This document shows positions 10,720 through 20,647 of a stretch of DNA of 64,000 bases, one piece after another. The stretch is taken from positions 608,001 to 672,000 of the forward strand of contig OY729427.2 of the NCBI GenBank assembly GCA_963422375.2. Direction: 5' to 3'. The notes below the pieces were generated by a model. It ran no database searches, was not told where the DNA came from, and saw only the letters and a list, made by a program, of their open reading frames with translations. Every line of letters starts with the position of its first letter. Within the stretch, counting starts at the first letter, position 1. Both the position numbers and the translations under genes were made by a program. The DNA is from Bryobacterales bacterium (GTDB taxonomy: Bacteria > Acidobacteriota > Terriglobia > Bryobacterales > UBA6623).

Positions 10720-11658
10720 ATGGGACCCATTGGCACGGTTTCCGTCCTCGGTGTCGGCCTGATCGGCGGCTCCTTCGCCCTTGCCCTGCGCCGAATGGGC
10801 TTTGCCGGCAGAATCCTGGGAGTGAGTTCGGACGCGACGCTGACCCGTGCCCTCGAAGCGGGGGTGATCGACGAGGGGTGCTCGATCAGCGACGCCGTGC
10901 CGCGTTCGGATCTCGTCTACATGTCCCAGCCGGTCCTGCGCATCATCGAGCAGCTGCCGGACGTGCGGCGGCTCGCGCCGGAGCACGCCCTAGTAACGGA
11001 TGCAGGCAGCACTAAGAAGCTGATCTTGGACCGGGCCCGGGAACTCTTTGACGGCGGGCCGGACTTCCTCGGAGGCCACCCGATGGCCGGATCCGAGGGG
11101 CGCGGCGTCGATCATGCCGAAGCGAGGCTGTTCGAGGGAGCGGTCTATGCATTGGTTCCCACGGGCGCATCGCCACCCGAATCGGGAGCGGCGCGGGAGT
11201 TTCTCGGGTGGCTCGGCGCCATGGGATGCCGAACGAAGGTCATCGGAGCCGCCGAACACGACCGCACGGTGGCGTGGACTTCGCACATGGCCCAGCTTGT
11301 CTCGACGGCGCTCGCGGCCGCGATCGGCAGCCGCCTGCGCGCCTCCGGCGGACTGGAAGTGGCTGGCGACGGCCTTCGGGACATGACGAGGCTGGCCGCA
11401 AGCCCTCATGCCGTATGGTCCGAGATCCTGGACACCAACCGGGATCCGATCGACGAGGCGCTGGATTGCTTCGTCCGCGAGGTCGAGGCGCTGCGACGGT
11501 CCATTCGAGAGGACGGCGCCGCGAGCCACTTCGAGCGTGGCAACGCCCTCAGAGCCCGGCTGGAAGCGACAGGCTGGCCCCGGCGGCCCGGCCAGCAGGC
11601 GGAGAATCCTTCGGGCCGGGATTCCGCCGGCGAAGCCCCGACAGCCCCTTTGTCCTAG
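10720..11658 (+). CDS. tyrA: Prephenate/arogenate dehydrogenase
   Basis: GVGLIGGS, TDAGSTK, GGHPMAGSE, HD...SH, GLRDMTRLA. Confidence 0.92.
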   Translation: MGPIGTVSVLGVGLIGGSFALALRRMGFAGRILGVSSDATLTRALEAGVIDEGCSISDAVPRSDLVYMSQPVLRIIEQLPDVRRLAPEHALVTDAGSTKKLILDRARELFDGGPDFLGGHPMAGSEGRGVDHAEARLFEGAVYALVPTGASPPESGAAREFLGWLGAMGCRTKVIGAAEHDRTVAWTSHMAQLVSTALAAAIGSRLRASGGLEVAGDGLRDMTRLAASPHAVWSEILDTNRDPIDEALDCFVREVEALRRSIREDGAASHFERGNALRARLEATGWPRRPGQQAENPSGRDSAGEAPTAPLS

Positions 11659-11996
11659 GCCGCGGCCGGCACGGGCAACCTCGGCGCGGTTCTCCAGAGA
11701 CGCTCCAAGTCGTAGTAGAACCGCTTGTCCTTGACGAAGACGTGGACGACGAAGTCGCCGTAATCGAGCAGGACCCACTCGGCCTGGCGGTAGCCTTCCA
11801 CGCTGAAAGGCCGCCGTCCGGCGGACTTGAGTTGCTCCTGCACGGCGTCGGCGATTGCCTGGACTTGGCGGGAGTTCGTGCCGTGGCAGATCACGAACTG
11901 CTCGGTGAATGTGTTGACCTTCCCGATGTCCAGCGCTGTCGGCTCGATGGCCTTGCGATCCACTGCGGCCTTGAAGGCGAGTTCCCAGTCTTCCAT
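11655..11996 (-). CDS. rsfS: Ribosomal silencing factor
   Basis: DRKA...VICHGTNSRQVQAIAD, EG...WVLLDYGDFVVHVF...RFYYDLERLW. Confidence 0.95.
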   Translation of the reverse strand: MEDWELAFKAAVDRKAIEPTALDIGKVNTFTEQFVICHGTNSRQVQAIADAVQEQLKSAGRRPFSVEGYRQAEWVLLDYGDFVVHVFVKDKRFYYDLERLWRTAPRLPVPAAA

Positions 11997-12169
11997 GCGG
12001 ATGTGTCGATCGCGGCTAGGGCTTCGGCAGCTGTGCCTCATTCTAGCGAGGCGTCCAAGCTCCGGGGCCCAGCCGCGGGCAGCGACCGGGCCGAGCGATG
12101 TCGCGAGGCTCGGCGTCCCGGATGCCTCCCGCTATCCGGCGCGGACGGCAGCCGCCTAGAATAGTTCTC

Positions 12170-12976
12170 ATGGGGACCCGGTCCTTGCTCGTAGCGCCCG
12201 TGCTTGCGGCGTGCGCGGTCTCGGGCCTGCTCGCCCAGCCGGATCCGGAGATCGAGCGGGTGCGCGACCTCGTCCGAGCCGGTGCTCTTCCGCGCAAGGC
12301 CCTAGCCGAAGCGGAAAGCAGCCAGACGGAGCGCCGCTACCGCGAGATCCTTCGGCGGACGCTGCTGAGCGAGACCCTCGAAGAGTCAGAGATCGACACC
12401 ATGCTCGACGCGGCCAGGGGGCTGGAGAGAGTCGTTCGGCAGCGGTTCGACAGGGTGATGATGCAGGTCGAGGCGGGCGTCGCGCCGGCCAAGCTCCTCG
12501 TGGAAGCGCAGGAGGACTACCGGGCTGCGAAGCGGCAGGCCGAGCTCGCCGAGTCCAGGGCGAACCTAGTGCGCCAGATGGAGCGCATGGTCGCCTCCCA
12601 GACGTACTTGGAGGAATTGGAGGCCGCCGACGAGGTCGAGACGTTCCGCTTCTTCGGATTCGCCGATTACGAGTACGAAGTCCTCACGGAGATTGCGGAC
12701 ATGTACCGGTCCGCGTTCGGGAGCGACCCGCCGGTAAGCGCCGAGGGGGAGACAGACTTCCATCGGTCGATCGGGCTGGACCACACAGGGCGGATCGACG
12801 TGGCGGTGCATCCAGATTCCGACGAAGGGGAGTTCCTGATGTACATGCTCGAGAATCTAGGCATTCCCTACATCGCGTTCCGCACGGCCATTCCGGGCCA
12901 GTCCTCGGGACCTCATATCCACATTGGCCCGCCTAGCGAACGCATCGGGGAGCGGCAATTCGCCGAGATTCCCTGA
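12170..12976 (+). CDS. Exported hypothetical protein: coiled-coil N-terminal region plus a C-terminal H..D..HxH (LAS/M15-peptidase-like) domain
   Basis: Signal-like N-terminus, helical repeats, HRSIGLDHTGRIDV...GPHIHIG. TAGAAT lies 7 nt before the ATG. Confidence 0.7.
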   Translation: MGTRSLLVAPVLAACAVSGLLAQPDPEIERVRDLVRAGALPRKALAEAESSQTERRYREILRRTLLSETLEESEIDTMLDAARGLERVVRQRFDRVMMQVEAGVAPAKLLVEAQEDYRAAKRQAELAESRANLVRQMERMVASQTYLEELEAADEVETFRFFGFADYEYEVLTEIADMYRSAFGSDPPVSAEGETDFHRSIGLDHTGRIDVAVHPDSDEGEFLMYMLENLGIPYIAFRTAIPGQSSGPHIHIGPPSERIGERQFAEIP

Positions 12977-13191
12977 CCCGCGCCGCCCGGCCCGGCCCCC
13001 AAGTGCCATCCCCGGCCGACGGAAATCGCAAGCGCAGTCCGGCAAGCGGAACCATAGTGTGTCCGCCTCCGCGCCTGCCAAGCCCAGCCGCCGACACCGG
13101 TAAGCTCCACAGGAATTGCAGAGGGAGGGAGCCTCCCCGCATCTGGGCGGCCCGGCGATGACGCGGCGTGCCTGGTTGCCACGGGAGACGC

Positions 13192-13206
13192 GGGGGGGGG
13201 GGGGGG
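13192..13206. repeat. G15 homopolymer tract
   Basis: 15 consecutive G, 10 nt past the stop of the 13217-13726 gene. Confidence 0.9.
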
Positions 13207-13216
13207 CTCGCCGGTC

Positions 13217-13726
13217 TCAATCACGCGGGCCGCGACGACCATGTCGCTCCGGCTCACGTCGGGGCTGTCCGCGGTGTCTCCATCCTGGAGCGCCGCGAGG
13301 GCCTCTTTGACCCCCACGGCCGAACCAAGGCGGCCGCCCGCCTCGGCGGTCTGCCCCCCAAGACGGCCAGTAGGGCCTGACGCGCTCCGTCAGTCCCAGC
13401 GCGGCAGCTCCGGCCAGCGCGCTCATCTTGAGGCTAGCCTCCTCGAGCTCATCCACCTTCGCCTTCTGCTCGTCGGTCAGAACCTCTTGAATTCGCTCGT
13501 TCTGCTCTTGGGACCACTCGCGGCGCTCCTCCCGGCTCTGGTCTCGCGGGGGGCGCTCGCGACGGATCTCGCGAATCCGGTCAACCTGCTCGCTGCCGAG
13601 GCCGAGAGCCTCGACGGCCGCGCTGACCGGATTCCCGCGGCCCTGCGGGCCGCGCTGGGCGAGTGCCGCGGCGCTGATCCCGAGGAACGCGCACGCGACG
13701 GCGACCGCTCGCTTGACATGGATCAT
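13217..13726 (-). CDS. Spy/CpxP-like periplasmic protein
   Basis: Signal peptide (AAALA-Q), LGLGSEQ...I.E...VLTDEQKAK; GGAGGA RBS. Confidence 0.7.
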   Translation of the reverse strand: MIHVKRAVAVACAFLGISAAALAQRGPQGRGNPVSAAVEALGLGSEQVDRIREIRRERPPRDQSREERREWSQEQNERIQEVLTDEQKAKVDELEEASLKMSALAGAAALGLTERVRPYWPSWGADRRGGRPPWFGRGGQRGPRGAPGWRHRGQPRREPERHGRRGPRD

Positions 13727-13871
13727 GGTGTCCTCCGTTCTTCCTGTCCATCCGCGAGCCCCGCGCTCGCCGCTGTCCTGCCTGCGGCGGCCCGACTCGC
13801 ATGCTCTGTTAGACGGAAGGAACCGAGAAAAGGTGTTGCCCTACGCCGGCAGCGAGGCCCCGGCGGTCCGG

Positions 13872-14843
13872 TCACCGGCTGGTCTTGGAGCGTCCGATGA
13901 CTTCCCGAGCTCCGAAGATGGGCCGGCCCTGACTCTCGAAGTAGGTCCGCATCAACACCTCCCCGAGCAGACCGGTGCAGAGCAGCTGGAGACCCGTCAC
14001 TGCCAGCAGCGAGCCGGCGACCAGCAGCGGACCGTGCTCGACCATGATGTGGATGCCCTGCACTTTCCTTGCAGCGAGGTACGCCAGAATCAGGCCTCCC
14101 GACCCTCCGCACAGCAGTCCGAGAGAACCGAAGAGGTGCATGGGGCGGGTGAGGTAGCGTGCGAGAAACACCACGGTGAGAAGGTCGAAGAAGACCCCGA
14201 GAGTCCGGCTCAGCCCGTAGTGGGACCGACCGGACGACCGCTCGAAGTTCCTGATCGGCACCTCGGCGATTCGGGCGCCGTGCAGGGCCGCCAGCACCGG
14301 GATGAATCGGTGCAAGTCCCCGTACAGGCGCAGCTGCCCGAGCAGCTCGGAACGGTAAGCCTTGAACGTTCCGCCGAAGTCGCGCAGCTCCACCCCGGAG
14401 GCCTTGCGAATCAGCCAATTGGCGATCCTCGAAGGCAGCCGCCGGGTCAGCAGGCCGTCAACCCTACGCTCCCGCCAGCCATTGGCTAGGTCGTACCCCT
14501 CGTCGATCTTCGCCAGCAAGGCCGGGATATCTTCCGGAGCGTGCTGCAGGTCGCCGTCCATGGCGACGACGGTCTCGCCCGCGGCAGACTCAAACCCGGC
14601 CGCGAGCGCGGCCGTCTGGCCGGAGTTCCTCCGCAGAGCGACCGCCTTGAGACGGGGGTCGCTGGCCGACAAATTGCGCAGCAGCCCGAGACTGTCGTCG
14701 GTCGAGGCGTCGTCGACGACCACGATCTCGAACGGCCGGCCGACTCCTTCGAGCGTGGCCACGAGACGGTCGAACAGCGGCAGGAGGCTCGCACCTTCGT
14801 TATGCGCCGGGATGACAACCGAGATCTCGGGCCGACTGTCCAT
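13872..14843 (-). CDS. Glycosyltransferase family 2 (ArnC/GtrB-like, polyprenol-phosphate)
   Basis: ISVVIPAHNE, VDDASTD, RNSGQTAA, MDGDLQH, HRFIP; two C-terminal TM helices. Confidence 0.93.
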   Translation of the reverse strand: MDSRPEISVVIPAHNEGASLLPLFDRLVATLEGVGRPFEIVVVDDASTDDSLGLLRNLSASDPRLKAVALRRNSGQTAALAAGFESAAGETVVAMDGDLQHAPEDIPALLAKIDEGYDLANGWRERRVDGLLTRRLPSRIANWLIRKASGVELRDFGGTFKAYRSELLGQLRLYGDLHRFIPVLAALHGARIAEVPIRNFERSSGRSHYGLSRTLGVFFDLLTVVFLARYLTRPMHLFGSLGLLCGGSGGLILAYLAARKVQGIHIMVEHGPLLVAGSLLAVTGLQLLCTGLLGEVLMRTYFESQGRPIFGAREVIGRSKTSR

Positions 14844-14849
14844 CGGGCC

Positions 14850-15416
14850 TCAGCGTAGCAACCCGGCAACTTCGTCCAGCGGCAGACCGACCACGTTGCT
14901 GTACGAACCTTCGACCGATTCCACGAACGCCGCCGCGCCTGCTTGAATCGCGTAGGAACCGGCCTTGTCGAGCGGCTCGCCGCTGGCGACGTACGCTCGG
15001 ATCTCGACCTCGCGCAGCTCCCGGAAGCGCACGCGAGTCTCCACGTAGAGCGTCGCGCAGGCGCCGCCGTCGAACACCGCTACACCCGTCAGCACCCTAT
15101 GGCTCCGTCCCGAGAGGCTCCGGAGCATGCGCCGGGCGTCCCGCTCGTCGCGCGGCTTGCCGAGCACCTCGCGCCCGGTCACGACTGCCGTGTCGGCTCC
15201 CAATGCACGGAAGCCGGGCCTCCAGGCGGCTCGAGCCTTCTCTTCGGCGAGCCGCACGACGTAGCCTTCGGGGGACTCCCCTTCCAGCGGCGATTCGTCG
15301 ATGTCGGCGGGCCTCTGGTCGAACGCGATTCCCGCGGACGCCAGCAGCCGGGCCCGGCGCGGCGACGCCGACGCAAGGATCAGACGGACGCCTCTGGGCG
15401 CAGGGGTCTGCGGCAT
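14850..15416 (-). CDS. maf: Maf nucleoside triphosphate pyrophosphatase
   Basis: [49 protein letters not shown]. Confidence 0.95.
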   Translation of the reverse strand: MPQTPAPRGVRLILASASPRRARLLASAGIAFDQRPADIDESPLEGESPEGYVVRLAEEKARAAWRPGFRALGADTAVVTGREVLGKPRDERDARRMLRSLSGRSHRVLTGVAVFDGGACATLYVETRVRFRELREVEIRAYVASGEPLDKAGSYAIQAGAAAFVESVEGSYSNVVGLPLDEVAGLLR

Positions 15417-15436
15417 CGCCCGGGGCGGTCGGCCCG

Positions 15437-16501
15437 CTAGCGGTTCAGGTAGCTCGGATCGTCGACGGCTGCCCCGGACTCGCCGGAGTCCGGGCTGGCG
15501 AGAGGGGCCTCCTCGGGCGCAGGGCCTACAGCCTCCGGCAGGGAGTCGAGGGGGATCCGGTGGACGCGGCCGTTCAGCGAGCCGAGGAAGGAGATCAAGT
15601 CGTCTTTCTCCGCGTCGGTCAGCCCGAGGGGCCGGATCTCCGCGACGCGCCCTTCCGGAGCGGACCCGCCGCGGTCGTAGTGGGCGATCACCTGGCGGAT
15701 GTTCATCATGCGACCGTTGTGCATGTAGGAATAGCGTCGCAGGCTGTCGCGCAGGCTCTGGGTCTTGTACTTGGTGCCCGCTTCCTCGTGTCCGTCGCGC
15801 TCCGGGACACCCGTGAAATGGAAGTCGTGGTCCGTCAGCAGCGGCCCGTGGTGGCACCGGATGCATTCCGCCTTGGAACGGAAGAGATCGAGGCCGCGCC
15901 GTTCGGACGGGGACAGGGCCATGTCGTCGCCGAGCAGGTAGCGGTCGAAGTCGCTGTCGTAGGAAACCAGCGTGCGCTCGAAGCTGGCGATCGCCTTCGC
16001 AACCAAGCCGAATGTGATGCTGTCTCCCGGAAAGGCACTCTCGAACAGACGACTGTAGAAGGGGTCGGAGCGGATGCGGGCGACGGCGTCCTCGGGGGCC
16101 AGCGCCATCTCGCGATGGTTCTCGAGCGGCTTGGACACCTGCTCCTCCAGGGACTTGACCCGGCCGTCGAAGAACATGCTCCGCTGCCAGCCGACGTTCA
16201 GCAGGCCTGGAGTCTTGCGTGACAGCTCGCTCTCGTCGAGGCCCCACGCGCGCGAGAGGCCGTCCGTGAAGTGCAGCTCGCGCTTGTGGCACGTCCCGCA
16301 GCTGCGCCGACGGTTCCCCGACATCACGGAATCGAAGAAGAGCTCCTCCCCGAGCCGGATCTTGGCGGGGGTGGGCGGGTTGTCGGCTGGGAACGGCGGC
16401 GCTCCTGTCAGGGGAGCGAGGAGTGGCGGCTGTCCGAGCTCCGCGGCCGTCAGGCCGACCGCCAGCAGGACCACGGATACGGACGCTCTCCACTGCTTCA
16501 C
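15437..16501 (-). CDS. Di-heme cytochrome c peroxidase/MauG family protein
   Basis: Signal peptide, [37 protein letters not shown]. Confidence 0.9.
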   Translation of the reverse strand: MKQWRASVSVVLLAVGLTAAELGQPPLLAPLTGAPPFPADNPPTPAKIRLGEELFFDSVMSGNRRRSCGTCHKRELHFTDGLSRAWGLDESELSRKTPGLLNVGWQRSMFFDGRVKSLEEQVSKPLENHREMALAPEDAVARIRSDPFYSRLFESAFPGDSITFGLVAKAIASFERTLVSYDSDFDRYLLGDDMALSPSERRGLDLFRSKAECIRCHHGPLLTDHDFHFTGVPERDGHEEAGTKYKTQSLRDSLRRYSYMHNGRMMNIRQVIAHYDRGGSAPEGRVAEIRPLGLTDAEKDDLISFLGSLNGRVHRIPLDSLPEAVGPAPEEAPLASPDSGESGAAVDDPSYLNR

Positions 16502-16840
16502 GCTGACATTCTAGCGTCAACCGCCGGTGGCGAGATCGTCGGCCTGTCTCGTCGCAGACGCGGGAAGACGGGACTGCCACGGCACGCTGCGCGCGAGCGC
16601 GGGCTGATGTCGGGGCAACGCCACCCAACGCGGGCATCGGCACCGAGTCGCACCCCGCGCGGCCGGCGAGACCGACCGATTCCGGGACGGCGGAATCGAG
16701 TGGACTACTCTGGGAGCTGTCAGAACGCTCGGAGAGCCCACGCGATAGCTGGGGCAATTCGAGGCGTTGTCCGTTGCCGGTCCCGTCGCGGCCGGACGGC
16801 GTGTGGGGTTCCGCTGGCTCTGCTGCGAGGAGGGAGGAGG

Positions 16841-18034
16841 ATGCGACGAATGCTGCTGGCGGTCACGCTGGCCGCAGGCGCTCTGGCCAGCTCCGAGCCC
16901 GTCGCCGCGGAGGAAGTAAAGGTCGGAATCGCCTTCGGCTTCACCGGGCCGATCGAGTCCCTTATCCCGCCGATGGCCGCCGCTGCCGAGCTGGCCATCA
17001 GCGAGGTCAGTTCGTCTGGGCTGCTCCTAGGGGGCTCGCGGGCGGTGGCCGTGCGGGCGGACACGACCTGCGTGGACTCGGCAGCTGCGAACGCGGCCGC
17101 CGAGCGCTTGGTGACAGCCGAAGGGGTCCGCGGCATCGTGGGTGCCGCCTGCTCGGGTGCCAGCGGCGCCATCCTGCAGAAGGTGGCCCGCCCGAATGGC
17201 GTCGTCATGATCTCCCCTTCCTCGACCTCGCCCGCGCTCTCGGCCGCGGAAGACGACGGCCTCTTCTTCCGAACCTCGCCCTCCGACGCGCGCCAGGCCA
17301 AGGTGATCACGGACGTGCTGACCGATCGCGGGATCAAGGCCGTCGCCCTGACCTACACGAATAACGATTACGGCAACGGCCTGGCCGACAGCTTCCGGGC
17401 GGCGTTCCGGGCCGCGGGCGGCGCGGTCACCGTCAGCTCCTCGCACGAGGACGGCAAGGGCGACTACTCGGCCGAGATCGCCACTCTCCACGCGGCAGGC
17501 GGCGACGCGCTGGTCGTCGCGGGATACATCGACCAGGGCGGCCTAGGTATCGTTCGCGGTGCGATCGACACCGACGCGTTCCGGACGTTCGCGCTGTGCG
17601 ACGGCATGATTGGCGAGTCGCTTGTCGCGAACATCGGGCCCGACCTCGACGGCTCCTTCGGCCAAGTGCCCGGGACGGACAGCCCCGGCGCGGCGCGGAT
17701 GGCCGAGCTGGGGCGAGCGAACGGATTCGAGGCCGACAGGCCGTTCGCCCCGGAAGCATACGACGCCGCGGCGCTCATCCTCCTGGCCATGCAGGCCGCC
17801 GGATCGTCGGACCCGGCGGACTACAAGGGGACCGTGCTCGACGTAGCCAACGCGCCGGGCGAGGAAATCTATCCCGGGGAACTCGCGAAGGCGCTGCGGA
17901 TCCTCGCGGCCGGGGGCGAGGTGAACTACGTTGGCGGATCCGCCGTGGAACTGATCGGGCCGGGGGAGTCGGCCGGCAACTATCGCGAGGTCGAGGTCCG
18001 GAACGGCAAGTTCGAGACAGTCCGCTACCGATAG
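16841..18034 (+). CDS. Branched-chain amino acid-type (HAAT) ABC transporter substrate-binding protein
   Basis: GGAGG RBS, signal peptide, [33 protein letters not shown]. Confidence 0.92.
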   Translation: MRRMLLAVTLAAGALASSEPVAAEEVKVGIAFGFTGPIESLIPPMAAAAELAISEVSSSGLLLGGSRAVAVRADTTCVDSAAANAAAERLVTAEGVRGIVGAACSGASGAILQKVARPNGVVMISPSSTSPALSAAEDDGLFFRTSPSDARQAKVITDVLTDRGIKAVALTYTNNDYGNGLADSFRAAFRAAGGAVTVSSSHEDGKGDYSAEIATLHAAGGDALVVAGYIDQGGLGIVRGAIDTDAFRTFALCDGMIGESLVANIGPDLDGSFGQVPGTDSPGAARMAELGRANGFEADRPFAPEAYDAAALILLAMQAAGSSDPADYKGTVLDVANAPGEEIYPGELAKALRILAAGGEVNYVGGSAVELIGPGESAGNYREVEVRNGKFETVRYR

Positions 18035-18059
18035 CGGGGACTGGGAGTTCCGTCCGGCA

Positions 18060-18824
18060 ATGATCGTCGTCGACAACGTCCACAAGCATTTCGGAGGGAT
18101 CCGCGCCGTCGACGGCGTGTCGCTCGAATTCCCCTCCGGCACCATCACCGGACTGATCGGGCCGAACGGAGCGGGCAAGAGCACGCTCTTCGACGTGATC
18201 GCCGGAGCCTACCCGCCGACCTCGGGCGACGTCTACATGGATGGCGAGAACATCACGGCCGTCCCGGCGCACGAGCTGTTCCGCAAGGGACTGGCGCGAA
18301 CCTTCCAGATCGCCCGGGAGTTCCCCACCCTGACAGTGCGCGAGAACCTGATGGTCGTGCCAGCCTCGCAGGCCGGGGAGACACTCTGGAACACTTGGTT
18401 TCGCAGGGCGCGCATCGCGGAGGAGGAGCGCGCGATCGCGCGCCGGGCCGACGAGGTGATGGAGACCTTGACCATCGGGCACCTGGCCGACGAACCGGCC
18501 GCGAACCTGTCCGGCGGCCAGAAGAAACTGCTCGAGCTCGGCCGAACGATGATGGCCGAAGCCAAGGTCGTCTTCCTAGACGAGGTCGGAGCCGGCGTCA
18601 ACCGCACGCTGCTCGAGACCGTCAGCGACACGATCCGCCGGCTGCATCAGGAGCGGGGCTACACCTTCTGCCTGATCGAGCACGACATGAACTTTGTCTC
18701 CCGCATGTGCGAGCGCGTCATCGTGCTGGCCGAGGGAAAGGTGCTCGCGACGGGCACGGCGGACGACATCATGAGCAACGAGCAGGTCATCATGAAGTAC
18801 CTCGGAAGCGGCTTCGGCGCGTAG
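18060..18824 (+). CDS. livG: HAAT ABC ATP-binding protein (LivG-like)
   Basis: GPNGAGKST, ARTFQ, LSGGQKKLLE, LIEHDM. Confidence 0.9.
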   Translation: MIVVDNVHKHFGGIRAVDGVSLEFPSGTITGLIGPNGAGKSTLFDVIAGAYPPTSGDVYMDGENITAVPAHELFRKGLARTFQIAREFPTLTVRENLMVVPASQAGETLWNTWFRRARIAEEERAIARRADEVMETLTIGHLADEPAANLSGGQKKLLELGRTMMAEAKVVFLDEVGAGVNRTLLETVSDTIRRLHQERGYTFCLIEHDMNFVSRMCERVIVLAEGKVLATGTADDIMSNEQVIMKYLGSGFGA

Positions 18825-18836
18825 GCGGCCGCCACG

Positions 18837-19541
18837 ATGAGTCGCCTGGTCGGCCAGCACATGACCGGCGGCTACGGCGGTGCGGACATCCTCAATGACT
18901 GCACCGTGGCCGTCGAGCACGGCGAGATCGCGGTCATCGTGGGGCCGAACGGCGCGGGCAAGTCGACCGCGATGAAGGCGGTCTTCGGGATGGTCGGCTT
19001 GCGCAAGGGTACCGTGCGCATGGACGGCGAGGACATCACGCGCCTGCCGCCGCACGAGAGGGTGGCGAAGGGCATCGCCTACGTCCCGCAGACGGACAAC
19101 GTGTTCCCTTCCCTGACCGTCGAGGAGAACCTCGAGATGGGCGCCTTCCTGCGACGAGGCGGTTTCAGCGAGACCATGGAGCAGGTCTACGAGCTGTTCC
19201 CCGCGCTGAGAGACAAGCGCCGCCAGCCCGCCGGCGAGCTCTCCGGCGGCCAGCGGCAGCAGGTCGCGGTGGGCATCGGGCTGATGACGGGGCCCAAGGT
19301 GCTGATGCTCGACGAGCCGACCGCGGGGGTCTCGCCGAAGGTGCGCGACGAGCTCATCGTACGAGTGGTCGAGATCTCCCGCTCGGGAATCTCGATCCTG
19401 ATGGTCGAGCAGAACGCCCGGCAGGTGCTCGCCATCGCGGACAGGGGCTACGTCCTGTCGCAGGGCCGCAACCTGTTCAGCGGCTCCGGCGAGGTGCTGC
19501 TGCTCGACCGCGAGGTCCGCAAGTCGTTCCTCGGAGGATAG
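18837..19541 (+). CDS. livF: HAAT ABC ATP-binding protein (LivF-like)
   Basis: GPNGAGKST, LSGGQRQ, LDEPTAG, MVEQNA. Confidence 0.9.
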   Translation: MSRLVGQHMTGGYGGADILNDCTVAVEHGEIAVIVGPNGAGKSTAMKAVFGMVGLRKGTVRMDGEDITRLPPHERVAKGIAYVPQTDNVFPSLTVEENLEMGAFLRRGGFSETMEQVYELFPALRDKRRQPAGELSGGQRQQVAVGIGLMTGPKVLMLDEPTAGVSPKVRDELIVRVVEISRSGISILMVEQNARQVLAIADRGYVLSQGRNLFSGSGEVLLLDREVRKSFLGG

Positions 19542-19544
19542 CCC

Positions 19545-20554
19545 GTGGATTTCGTCAACGGTCTCATCGTCCTCTGCAACTTCGTCATGGTGCCCGCGAC
19601 GGCATACGGCGGGCAGCTAGCCCTCGGGGCCCTCGGGCTGACTCTCATCCACAGGGTGCTCCGGTTCCAGCATTTCGCCCACGGCGACATGATGGCCTTC
19701 GGCACGATGGTCACGATTCTGGTCACGTGGGTTCTGCAGGGAGCGGGCGTCACGGTCGGGCCGCTGCCGACGGCTCTGCTGGCACTGCCCGCGGGCATTG
19801 GGGCGACGGCGCTCCTTGCGCTCGGGGCGGACCGCGCAGTCTACCGGTTCTACCGCAGACGGAAGGCGTCCCCGATCCTGATGGTCGTGGTGTCCGCCGG
19901 CGTGATGTTCGTGCTCAACGGCCTCGTGCGCCTCGTCATCGGGCCGGGCGACCGGCGCTTCGCCGACGGCGAGCGGTTCATCGTCCGGGCGCGCGAGTTC
20001 AAGGAGATGACGGGGCTTCCCGAAGGGATCACCGTCAGCGTTCCGCAGGTTCTCACGCTGGCCGCGACGATCACCGCCCTCGCGGGGCTGCACTGGTTCC
20101 TCGCCCGCACGCGCACGGGCAAGTCGATGCGGGCCTACGCCGACAACCCCGATCTGGCGTTCGCCTCCGGCATCGATTCCGAGCGGGTGGTGATGGTCGT
20201 GTGGGTGATCGCGGCGGGCCTCGCCACGCTGGCGGGCGTCCTGTACGGCCTCGACAAGAGCTTCAAGCCGCTCACCTACTTCAGTTGATGCTGCCGATGT
20301 TCGCGGCGGCCATCGTAGGCGGACTCGGCAATCCGCTGGGCGCGGTCAGCGGCGGATTCGTGATCGCCTTCTCCGAGGTGTCGATCACGTATGCCTTCAA
20401 GCGAGTGGCCGGCTACCTCCTGCCGGAAAGCCTGGAACCCGAGGGCCTCGTGCAGTTGCTCTCGACCGACTACAAGCTAGCGGTCTCGTTCTCGCTCCTG
20501 GTCGTCATCCTGCTCGTCCGCCCGACCGGCATCTTCAAGGGCCATGCGGCGTAG
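19545..20554 (+). pseudogene. livH: HAAT ABC permease (LivH-like), single frameshift near 20283
   Basis: FAHGD, TRTGKSMRA motifs. The frame stops at 20288, but LMLPMFAAAIVGGLGNP...RPTGIF continues in another frame to 20554. Confidence 0.85.
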
Positions 20555-20647
20555 TCCCGGCTCAGATCGCGGCGCGCCGCGACCGGACCAGCCCGGGCGC
20601 TCCGCTACGGAGCCGCGAGCGACCGCTGCGACGAGACGGCAAGCACG

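Noticed and set aside
14850..16757. 635-aa Maf fusion, and similar N-terminal extensions (30233-32380, 27080-29938, 16271-18034)
   Set aside because: The extensions overlap other real genes or are low-complexity. True starts lie downstream.
20275..20290. Programmed frameshift in livH
   Set aside because: No slippery heptamer is present. A single-base deletion or sequencing error is simpler.
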